Part shown: positions 44,614-52,970 of the stretch, one piece after another | How the letters are laid out: every line of letters begins with the position of its first letter | How positions within the stretch are numbered: position 1 is the first letter of the stretch | Virus record (IMG/VR): IMGVR_UViG_3300015264_000026 | DNA length: 64,000 bases | Direction: 5' to 3' (one strand) | DNA from: an uncultured virus (IMG/VR IMGVR_UViG_3300015264_000026) | Taxonomy: Duplodnaviria; Heunggongvirae; Uroviricota; Caudoviricetes | Made by a program: the position numbers and the translations under genes | Notes under the pieces: model-generated | Seen by the model: the letters and a program-made list of their open reading frames with translations, nothing else | Told to the model about the DNA's origin: nothing | Databases searched by the model: none

Positions 44614-45642
44614 TTGGCAGACCCAAACACACCAAATGTCGCGCTGCTCATCCCGACGCGCGGGAGCGATGTCGGTACATGGGATGTACCAGTCAACGGC
44701 GATTTTTCAGCCATCGACGGCTTTTTCGGTGGCGTACAGACGATCTCAGTAGCGGCATCTCCTGTTACGCTCACTGCTCCCGCTGGCGCGGTAACTCCAT
44801 CAGGAGGCCCTACGCAGGCTCAGAATGCGGTTCTTAAATTTACCGGAACTGTGACAGCTTCGGTTGTGGTGACGCTGCCATTGCCCGGCTATTACATTAT
44901 CGACACGTCTGGATTGTCCGTTAGTTCAAGCTTCCCCATCATTCTCCGCGCCGTTTCCGTGGGAGAGGTGATAGGCATGCCATTCGGTTCGGTCAGACAC
45001 GTTTACAGCGACGGCACAAATGTCAGATTCGTTAATCTGCAGGAAGTCGGGACCTATGTTGACTTCGCTGGATCATCTGTTCCCAGCTGGATTACATCTT
45101 GCACCAAGCCTCCATTCTTGAATTGCGATGGATCGGTGTTTAGTGCTGTGACGTATCCATTCTTGGCAGCCTTGATAGGGACGACACTGCCAGATGCGCG
45201 AGGGCGCGGACGCGCCGCTCTCAATCAAGGGACCAGCCGCATGACAACAGCGGGTGGTGGAGTGGATGGCAATACCCCCTTAGCTGCTGGGGGTGCTGAG
45301 ACGAAAAACCTTATTGCCACTCAACTGCCGGGCCTTGCTACTGCTGGCACATCTAACATCACTGTAGATGTCCCGAATAGCGGAGCCGTGCCAGTCGCCA
45401 TCACTACGCTCGGCTCCAATATTCTTACAAATCCAGGCACGCCCACTAGCGGAGGCGTGGTTTCGCCGTACTCGCCGCCAGGGACGACTTGGACCGGAAC
45501 TTCGACGCTTTCCAGATCTCAAGTCATTGCCGGCCTTGTTACGGGAACGGGTGCTGGTGGAGCTGGTACTGGGGCCGCAGGACCTTCGGCTGTGGTGCAG
45601 CCAACCTACATCGGCGGCATCACCATGATCCGAGCTGCGTGA
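44614..45642 (+). CDS. Tail fibre/collar-domain protein
   Basis: TTG start; G...GTW..PVN.DF; LNCDGS...TYP.L...LPDARGR tail-collar motif. Confidence 0.8.
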   Translation: MADPNTPNVALLIPTRGSDVGTWDVPVNGDFSAIDGFFGGVQTISVAASPVTLTAPAGAVTPSGGPTQAQNAVLKFTGTVTASVVVTLPLPGYYIIDTSGLSVSSSFPIILRAVSVGEVIGMPFGSVRHVYSDGTNVRFVNLQEVGTYVDFAGSSVPSWITSCTKPPFLNCDGSVFSAVTYPFLAALIGTTLPDARGRGRAALNQGTSRMTTAGGGVDGNTPLAAGGAETKNLIATQLPGLATAGTSNITVDVPNSGAVPVAITTLGSNILTNPGTPTSGGVVSPYSPPGTTWTGTSTLSRSQVIAGLVTGTGAGGAGTGAAGPSAVVQPTYIGGITMIRAA

Positions 45643-47693
45643 TGTTCGGCAGTGTGCGCCTAGTCCCCGGTGTGAATCTTGAGAAGACGCCAACATTATT
45701 GGAAGCTGGATACGCACAAACACAACTAGGGCGGTTCCGTGATGGCCTCTTTCAAAAAATCGGCGGATGGGTGGCGTTCTATCCATTCGCCGTAGCCGGC
45801 ACCCCTCGCGATCTCCACGCATGGAGCGATCTCAATTCGGTTAATCATTTATTGGTCGGGACGACAACGCAACTTGATGTTATAACAAGTGGGTCCTTGC
45901 AGGATATTACCCCACAAACCCTTACGTCCGACTTCACGCCTAATTTCTCAACAGTACTAAATACGCCAACCGTCACGATCGCTGATCCGAACATATCGAA
46001 CGTCACGGTGAATGATTCGGTGCTGTTCAATACTCCAATATCGATTGGAGGCGTAATTCTCTCCGGTCTTTACCCGACAGTCACCGTGGTTGGCGTGCAT
46101 TCCTATACGGTGACCGCTGCTACCAATGCGACCTCCACCGTAAACAATGCAGGTGCCGTTCCTGTTTTCACCACGGTTAATGCGAGTGCTGTAGTATCCG
46201 TAGCTTTGACTGCTCATGGCGTCACTGCGCTTCCGGCGACTGTCGTCTTTCCAAAATCAACATCGGGAAACGGTGTAACTGTTCAAGGGGCCTATGGCGT
46301 TAACACCATCACGAGCGCCAACGCTTTCACGATCACCGCATCTACAACTGCAAATGCAGGTGGTTCATTCTCAATGAACGGCGGCAACGCTGAATTGGTC
46401 TATTACATCGCGCTGGGTCCACCGCCTACGGGAGCGGGTTATGGCTTGGGAGGCTACGGTCTTGGCGGGTACGGAACCGGCGTCGTCAATCCGAATCAGA
46501 TTGGCACAGAAATAACGGCCACTGACTGGACCTCCGACAATTGGGGTCCGATAGCCTTGGCATGTCCTGAGAACGGAGGGATTTATTATTGGGACCCGAC
46601 CGGAGGATTCACGAACGCATCCCTAATCAATACAGGGCCAGTGTTCAATAAGGGCATCTTCGTTTCCACGTCCCAACAAATTCTGATCGCGTATGGATCG
46701 ACGATCGATGAGACGATCGATGGTGGCATTGGGCTGCAACAAGACCCGATGCTCATCGCGTGGTGCGATGTTGAGAATTTCTTTCAATGGCAGGCCGTTA
46801 CCAATTCACAAGCGGGAAACTTTCGAATACCGATCGGGTCCACATGCGTTGGTGGTATGGCAGTCGCCAATCAAAACCTGATCTGGACCGATCTTGATCT
46901 ATGGGCCATGAATTACATCGGCTATCCCGATACATACGGATTTAACAAGATCGGTGCAGGTGCAGGCTTGGCCTCAAGCCACGCTGGAATGCAGTTGCGT
47001 GGCGGCGTCTATTGGATGGGGAAGTCAAATTTTTATTCCTATGCCGGACAGGGGGTTCGGGTTATTCCATGTGATGTCTGGGATTTTGTTTTTCAAAACC
47101 TCAACACGGCGTTCATCCATAACGTTCGGGCAATGCCCAATACGCCGTTCAATGAAGCCGGATGGGCCTTTCCCTCCAATGCAAGCGCAAACGGTGAGAA
47201 CGATTCGTATGTAAAATTCAACATTACCGAGCCCAACGCGCCATGGGATTATGGCGCATTGGCCCGCTCGGCGTGGATTGATTTGACTGTCTTGGGGCCT
47301 CCCATCGGGACTATTCCAACTGGATTGATATACCAGCACGAAACGACCAATGACGCCGCCGGCCAGCCGCTAGTCGCATCGTTCCGAACTGGATATTTCA
47401 ATCTGACGGAAGGAGAGGACTTCGTTACCGTCGATGAGGTGATCCCGGACTTCAAGTTCGGATTTCAAGGGGCCGCGCCAAATGCGCAAATTCAAATCAC
47501 ATTTTATGTGGTAAACTACCCCGGAGACACGCCTTTGGTGTATGGTCCATATACCGTAAACAGTACAACTCAGTCTTTTTTTACGAGGTTCAGGGTAAGG
47601 CAGATGGCGATCGACGTTTCCAGTTCTGACCTCGGAAGCTTCTGGCGGCTTGGAAAGATTCGTTTCCGGTTCGCCGCGAGCGGGAGGCGGTAA
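45642..47693 (+). CDS. Tail tube/nozzle (DNA stabilisation) protein
   Basis: RFRDGL.QKIGGW, DNWG, IYYWD, LIWTD, YWMG, ARSAW, WRLGKIRF...GRR. Confidence 0.85.
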   Translation: MFGSVRLVPGVNLEKTPTLLEAGYAQTQLGRFRDGLFQKIGGWVAFYPFAVAGTPRDLHAWSDLNSVNHLLVGTTTQLDVITSGSLQDITPQTLTSDFTPNFSTVLNTPTVTIADPNISNVTVNDSVLFNTPISIGGVILSGLYPTVTVVGVHSYTVTAATNATSTVNNAGAVPVFTTVNASAVVSVALTAHGVTALPATVVFPKSTSGNGVTVQGAYGVNTITSANAFTITASTTANAGGSFSMNGGNAELVYYIALGPPPTGAGYGLGGYGLGGYGTGVVNPNQIGTEITATDWTSDNWGPIALACPENGGIYYWDPTGGFTNASLINTGPVFNKGIFVSTSQQILIAYGSTIDETIDGGIGLQQDPMLIAWCDVENFFQWQAVTNSQAGNFRIPIGSTCVGGMAVANQNLIWTDLDLWAMNYIGYPDTYGFNKIGAGAGLASSHAGMQLRGGVYWMGKSNFYSYAGQGVRVIPCDVWDFVFQNLNTAFIHNVRAMPNTPFNEAGWAFPSNASANGENDSYVKFNITEPNAPWDYGALARSAWIDLTVLGPPIGTIPTGLIYQHETTNDAAGQPLVASFRTGYFNLTEGEDFVTVDEVIPDFKFGFQGAAPNAQIQITFYVVNYPGDTPLVYGPYTVNSTTQSFFTRFRVRQMAIDVSSSDLGSFWRLGKIRFRFAASGRR

Positions 47694-47944
47694 TGGATGA
47701 TGAAAACGCCACTGATAAAAACACCCTTGGTTCACAGGGTCTAACCGACCTCAATACCACTCAGCAGCAGGGCGTTAAAAACCTTGGCTTGATTATTCAA
47801 GCGCTGCGGAATGCATTTTTCCAGTTTGGAGGTACGTCTACATCGGCAACCGGCGGTGCCGCAACCTTGCCGGCCAATCCAGTTGGGTTTATCACGGCAA
47901 CGCTTCCAAATGGAACGGCCGTCAAAATCCCCTACTATTCGTGA
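47693..47944 (+). CDS. Small tail-module protein
   Basis: TAATG overlap; LPANPVGF...KIPYY. Confidence 0.75.
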   Translation: MDDENATDKNTLGSQGLTDLNTTQQQGVKNLGLIIQALRNAFFQFGGTSTSATGGAATLPANPVGFITATLPNGTAVKIPYYS

Positions 47945-47948
47945 TCGC

Positions 47949-48443
47949 ATGCCCCTAGACAAATCAAGCAGCAAAGAATCGGTCGGTCGGAATATACGAG
48001 CCGAAATATCGGCTGGTAAACCGCAGCCTCAAGCCGTCGCCATTGCCTTGGATGTAGCGCGACGGGCCAAGCGGGCAAAAGGCGGACGGGTGCACGTCGG
48101 GCCGATCATTGGCGAGACTGGGGGGAGGGCCGACAAGGTACCCATGCACGTCCCGGAGGGATCATACGTGATACCGGCAGACATAATTTCTGGTCTGGGG
48201 GAGGGCAATACCGCTGCTGGTATGCAAGCCATAAACAAAATGTTCCCGACCCGTCGCGCCCGTGGCGGGGCCATTCCGATCATGGCGGCGCATGGCGAAA
48301 CCATCATTTCACCTGATCAGTTAAAAGAAAGATTTGGGGATGATTTGAACCATGCCCATGCTATTATGGATGCATGGGTAAAACACGAACGAGCACAACT
48401 CATTGAGACGCTTAAGAAGCTGCCGGGTCCGGCGCAAGATTGA
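47949..48443 (+). CDS. Protein with two GG-motif-led D.VP...G.YVI domains
   Basis: QAVAIAL; AKGGRV...GGRADKVPMHVPEGSYVIPAD; ARGGAIPIMAAHGETIISP. Confidence 0.8.
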   Translation: MPLDKSSSKESVGRNIRAEISAGKPQPQAVAIALDVARRAKRAKGGRVHVGPIIGETGGRADKVPMHVPEGSYVIPADIISGLGEGNTAAGMQAINKMFPTRRARGGAIPIMAAHGETIISPDQLKERFGDDLNHAHAIMDAWVKHERAQLIETLKKLPGPAQD

Positions 48444-48451
48444 TAAGATCA

Positions 48452-48515
48452 AGGCCCGCTAAGGTGCTTCCAACACCCGCGAGCCTCTAACCAACTCCGA
48501 TCTGGAGGGATCGTT
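48452..48515 (+). promoter_or_regulatory. Two-hairpin leader caging the HNH ribosome-binding site
   Basis: AGGCCCGC-GGTG/CACC-GCGAGCCT, then CGATCT-GGAG-GGATCG 2 nt before ATG. Confidence 0.6.
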
Positions 48516-49235
48516 ATGGCTAATCGCAACCCTAGTCATAGGATGGGTCATCGTAAAGCGGCAAAAGATAGCGGAGAATCTCGATATTTTACAGGAAAAC
48601 CGTGCTTGAGAGGACACATCTCTCCAAGAGTAACCTCTAGCGGCATGTGTATTGAATGTAGAAGGATACGGGATCGAAAGTATCACCACGATAACCCTAG
48701 TAGACCCCAGCTAAAGGCCAAAAAATATTATGCGCGGAATAGTGACGCAATCAAAGCCTGCACCAGAAGTTGGTATTCTAAATCAGAAAATAGAGAAAAA
48801 GCGCGCATCACTAGGGCTGCGTACATGCTCACACATGGTAGTATAGTATTAGACAAAGCTAGAAAGTCGGTCAAAAGATACCGAGAAATATTTCCAGAAA
48901 AAGCCAAAGATGCAATTAACAATTGGTGGAGTAAAAATCCAGAGCGGAAGAAAACATACCATCGCAATCGACGAGCTAAAAAACGAGGAAACGGCGGTAG
49001 CCACACGCAGGCGGATATCAACGATATTCTGAAAGCTCAAAAAGACAAGTGCGCCTACTGCAAAGTGCCGTTTAGCGGGATCACAAACGAGAGGCACGTT
49101 GACCATATTATACCTTTGGTTAAAGGCGGCTCAAACGGCCGTAGGAATCTCCAAGTTCTGTGTGAGCGCTGTAATCTAGAAAAAGGCAGCCGAGACCCAA
49201 TGGTCTATGCTAGAACGCTAGGAATGCTCCTCTAA
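48516..49235 (+). CDS. HNH homing endonuclease
   Basis: YFTGKPCLRGH...CIEC; CAYC...HVDHIIPLVKGGSN...NLQVLCERCN; visibly AT-richer than flanks. Confidence 0.92.
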   Translation: MANRNPSHRMGHRKAAKDSGESRYFTGKPCLRGHISPRVTSSGMCIECRRIRDRKYHHDNPSRPQLKAKKYYARNSDAIKACTRSWYSKSENREKARITRAAYMLTHGSIVLDKARKSVKRYREIFPEKAKDAINNWWSKNPERKKTYHRNRRAKKRGNGGSHTQADINDILKAQKDKCAYCKVPFSGITNERHVDHIIPLVKGGSNGRRNLQVLCERCNLEKGSRDPMVYARTLGMLL

Positions 49236-49250
49236 ACCGAAGGTTAGCCA

Positions 49251-49490
49251 ATGAACGATCAGAAAGCCCCGATCATTTTCGCAACCAATGTTGCGGTGTC
49301 TGGTTTCTTGAACGGAATCATCAATGTCGGCTTGTCTACAGCTCAATTTCTGCCCAAGGACGGCAAGGTTGACGTAGCGGAAGTCATCACAGCCAATCTT
49401 CGAATTGACCTTTACTGCGCTCAACAGTTGCACGATTCGTTGGCCTCGATTTTGGCGCAGCAGACCAAACCAGTTCGGGATCTCAATTGA
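49251..49490 (+). CDS. Hypothetical protein
   Basis: 79 aa; overlaps next start. Confidence 0.7.
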   Translation: MNDQKAPIIFATNVAVSGFLNGIINVGLSTAQFLPKDGKVDVAEVITANLRIDLYCAQQLHDSLASILAQQTKPVRDLN

Positions 49491-50128
49491 TGCTATCCGT
49501 TGTAGAGCCTCCCACTGTCCGCCTCGCCGATCGCGAGGAGGAAGAAGAATTGATGATAATGTGCCGCGAAATTCACGCGGAGAATGGCCTCGTTTCCATG
49601 GACGAGGATCGTGTTCGCGCCATGCTGCACCGCGCCTTTGATAAGCAAGGCGGTATTATTGGCGTGATCGGAGAGCCCGGATCATTGGAAGCAATCATCA
49701 TGATCGTGATGACGAATTTCTGGTCCAGCAATGACACTCATCTGGAGGAATTGTTTTCCTATGTGCGCCGTCCATTCCGCACACGAAGGCTCAACAAGGC
49801 GAATGAGTTCAAGGTAATTCACAAGCCGCACGCCGAAGCCCTCATTCACTTTGCTAAAGATTGCTCAGATCGCATCGGTGTCCCTCTGGTCATCGGAATC
49901 ATCACCAATAAGCGCATGGCCGGAAAAGTCAGGCTGTATCGGTCGGTATTGGGCTATCCAGCTGGGGCTTATTTCGTCATCAATCCGAAGTGGATCGATG
50001 GGGACGATCTGACCAATGAGGACTTCTGGAGGATGCCCTTCCCAAATGACGTACAGAATGCTAAACGCGAAAAACAAGCGCGCCATCAAGCATTAGTGGC
50101 AGACAGACGAGCACGGTTCAGGGGATAG
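49490..50128 (+). CDS. GNAT-like protein of the ejection module
   Basis: VRLA, FWSSNDTHLEELFSYV..PFR, LIHFAK, VRLY; position before ejection genes. Confidence 0.65.
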   Translation: MLSVVEPPTVRLADREEEEELMIMCREIHAENGLVSMDEDRVRAMLHRAFDKQGGIIGVIGEPGSLEAIIMIVMTNFWSSNDTHLEELFSYVRRPFRTRRLNKANEFKVIHKPHAEALIHFAKDCSDRIGVPLVIGIITNKRMAGKVRLYRSVLGYPAGAYFVINPKWIDGDDLTNEDFWRMPFPNDVQNAKREKQARHQALVADRRARFRG

Positions 50129-50159
50129 CATTCTCCTCCTGCTATAAGGATGGTTCCTT

Positions 50160-52970
50160 ATGTGTGGGAAGGGCTCGAATACCACAACCAATACATCTAC
50201 ATCGTCCGCTGACCCGCAGGCCGCCCAAGCCTATCGTGATTTGCTCACCCGCGCACAGGGTGTGGCCTCCACTCCATATCAAGCCTATACGGGCGAGTTA
50301 ACGGCTCCAGTCAATGCTCAGCAGCAATTCGGCATTGGAAACATCAATCAAAACGCCAACTTTGCTCAACCCTATGTGCAGCAAGCTGCTGGCATTGCTC
50401 AGAACGCGGCTACTCCGCTCACGCAACAGCAAATCCAGCAATACCAGAACCCGTATACGCAGAATGTTGTTGATGCGACGCAAGCGCAATTCAACAATCA
50501 AAATGCACAGCAAAGACAAGGAGTTATAGGCAACGAGATTGCCAGCGGCGCTCTAGGCGGCAACCGCGTCGGGGTCGAGCGCGCCAACCTCGCGAATCAG
50601 CAGCAACTAGCACAGGCCCCTGTGATCGCCGGTCTCTATGACAAGTCCTATCAACAGGGCTTGGCCACTGCAAATCAGCAATTCCAGCAAAATCCATTGG
50701 CTGCGTCCGGAGCTATCGCGAATTACGGTATCTCTGGCCAAGGGGCTGCTTTGTCTGGGGCTGGGGCTCAACTCGGGGCTGGCACGCTGCAGCAGCAGAC
50801 CCAGCAGCAGGCAGATACCGCGAATTATGGGCAATATGCCCAGGCCCAAGCCTATCCCTATCAACAAGCCCAATGGTTGGCTGGGGTTAATACAGGCGTT
50901 GGTTCAAATCTTGGCGGCACTTCGTCGGGGTCGACTACTGGCCCGCCGCCGAATCAGACGGCTCAATATCTAGGGGCGGGCCTCACTGCGGCGAGCATGT
51001 TCCTCAATCGGGGCGGGCGCGTAAATGGCTATGCCAGCGGTGGCGTTGTGCCGCATATGGCCGACGGCGGGATGCCGGGTACGCCGTGGTCGCAGGGTGT
51101 GGGCTGGATACCGCAGATGAATATTCATGGCGGATCTGGCGCACCTCACGCGAGCGCGCCGAGCTTGCCCCAGACACCGGCATTCGATGCTACCAAATTT
51201 GCACAGGGGCTTACTGGATTGGGCAATGGCGTCGCTGGAAAGCTTGCCGGTCCATCCTATGGAGGGGGGAACGTTTTCACCGATGCGTATGGCGGCTCAA
51301 GTTCATCGCCATTGGAAGGGTTGACGGCTGCGGACTATGGCGAGGGATACGCGCGCGGTGGCGTAGTCGGCTATGCCGATGGCGGTTCTCCTATCGATTA
51401 CACGGACCCAGCATGGGATACGCCTGATTCGGCTAACTTTGCCGGCCGGTTTGGTCCGGCTGAAAGTTCTCCGCTTGGTCAAATGACCCGAGGACAGGGA
51501 ATCGCCTTGGCGTCAAGGAATGGGACCCCGTCTTCCATTCCCGAAGAGCGCCCGATCTATGACGATGGTCAGGGTCCAGTCCGCCTGTACGGACAGAGGC
51601 CAGAAGGCAACCCAGCGGCCAAGGGCGTAGCACCCATAACCGCAAACGATGACGATGAGGAGACTACCCCTCCATCGGCCAACCCCACCCAAGGGCGTTT
51701 GCAGGGCGTTGCAGGCTACAAGCCGCCGTATGAGATTGGCCCATCTGATTATACCGCACCGCAGCAAGAAAAGAGTTCTGGATTTGGCCTCGGGCTTTTG
51801 TCTCCGAATGCAAAAACCGGCCTGCTCGCGGCTGGGCTCGGTATGCTGGCGAATCGGTCTCCGTTCTTGGGAACGGCGATCGGCGAGGGCGGACAATCTG
51901 GTTTGGCGGCCTATGGTTCAGCCGAAGAGCATGACCGCAAGGTGGCTGCCGAGGCGCAAAAACTATCTCTTGAAGCCAAGAAGGCCGCCAACGAACAGGC
52001 TCACACCACGTTCACGACGAATGAGACGGCGCGGCATAATCAGGCTACTGAAAAGCAGGCCGCCGTCAATTCAGACAGAACGAAATATTCACCCGCTGGA
52101 TCGGTTTTGACCAAAGATGGCGCTTACCATCCCCTGGTACTTGAACAAACATCTGGAAAGATCGTCGATGCGGTGACCGGAAAACCGCCGAGTGCGGATG
52201 ATAAAATTCAGGACAAGGGCACCAAGGGCGGTCCGATCAGCGAAGATGACGCCAAGTCAATCGCCGAATACTACGTCAAGACCGGCGATAACTCCCGGCT
52301 CAATGGGCTAGGCATCACAAGCGCAGCACGGCAAGCCGTGCAAAAACATATTCGCGAGGCGATGGACCGAGAGAAGGTCACGCCGGAAGAAATGGGAACG
52401 CGCGTTGCCGAGTTTGCCGGGCGCAAGGCTGGTCAGCGCACATTGGGAACGATGGAGGCCAAGATGGGCTCGGCTGCGTTTGAGGCAGAAGGCGCCATCA
52501 AACAGGCTCGCGGTGTGATTGAGCGATTGCCGCGAACCTCATACTTGCCGATCAACCAACTAATCGAAGGGTACAGCAACAAGACCCTCAATCCGGATCA
52601 GACGGAATTGTACGGGCGGACGCAGGCCATTGTAAACACATATGCCGCTGTGATGGCCCGTGGTGCCAATGTCACCACCGATTCGTCACGGCATCACGCG
52701 ATCGAATTGCTCAAGACGGCAGGTGACCCGGCAACGTATAATCGAATGCTCGATACCATGCTTCAAGAAATTGAAATGGCCAAACATTCGCCGGCCAAAA
52801 TGCGCGAGTTCTATCGCCAGCAATACGGAGTCAAGGCCGCGCCTGACGATGGCACAGTGGCTAGCACACCCCCTGCTTTCACTCCTCCCGCTGGGGCCGT
52901 TCCACGTCAATGGAATGGTAAAACCATCTATTTTGATCCCGCCACTAAACAGCCGATACCTGGACAATGA
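50160..52970 (+). CDS. Internal virion/DNA ejection protein
   Basis: 936 aa; MCGKGSNTTT, PYQAYTGE, YQNPYTQNVV, GALGGNR, Gln/Gly-rich; GG motifs mid-protein. Confidence 0.8.
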   Translation: MCGKGSNTTTNTSTSSADPQAAQAYRDLLTRAQGVASTPYQAYTGELTAPVNAQQQFGIGNINQNANFAQPYVQQAAGIAQNAATPLTQQQIQQYQNPYTQNVVDATQAQFNNQNAQQRQGVIGNEIASGALGGNRVGVERANLANQQQLAQAPVIAGLYDKSYQQGLATANQQFQQNPLAASGAIANYGISGQGAALSGAGAQLGAGTLQQQTQQQADTANYGQYAQAQAYPYQQAQWLAGVNTGVGSNLGGTSSGSTTGPPPNQTAQYLGAGLTAASMFLNRGGRVNGYASGGVVPHMADGGMPGTPWSQGVGWIPQMNIHGGSGAPHASAPSLPQTPAFDATKFAQGLTGLGNGVAGKLAGPSYGGGNVFTDAYGGSSSSPLEGLTAADYGEGYARGGVVGYADGGSPIDYTDPAWDTPDSANFAGRFGPAESSPLGQMTRGQGIALASRNGTPSSIPEERPIYDDGQGPVRLYGQRPEGNPAAKGVAPITANDDDEETTPPSANPTQGRLQGVAGYKPPYEIGPSDYTAPQQEKSSGFGLGLLSPNAKTGLLAAGLGMLANRSPFLGTAIGEGGQSGLAAYGSAEEHDRKVAAEAQKLSLEAKKAANEQAHTTFTTNETARHNQATEKQAAVNSDRTKYSPAGSVLTKDGAYHPLVLEQTSGKIVDAVTGKPPSADDKIQDKGTKGGPISEDDAKSIAEYYVKTGDNSRLNGLGITSAARQAVQKHIREAMDREKVTPEEMGTRVAEFAGRKAGQRTLGTMEAKMGSAAFEAEGAIKQARGVIERLPRTSYLPINQLIEGYSNKTLNPDQTELYGRTQAIVNTYAAVMARGANVTTDSSRHHAIELLKTAGDPATYNRMLDTMLQEIEMAKHSPAKMREFYRQQYGVKAAPDDGTVASTPPAFTPPAGAVPRQWNGKTIYFDPATKQPIPGQ

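Noticed and set aside
45489..45641. Longer 734-aa start for the tail tube protein
   Set aside because: Lies inside the previous gene; ATG 45642 overlaps its stop (TGATG).
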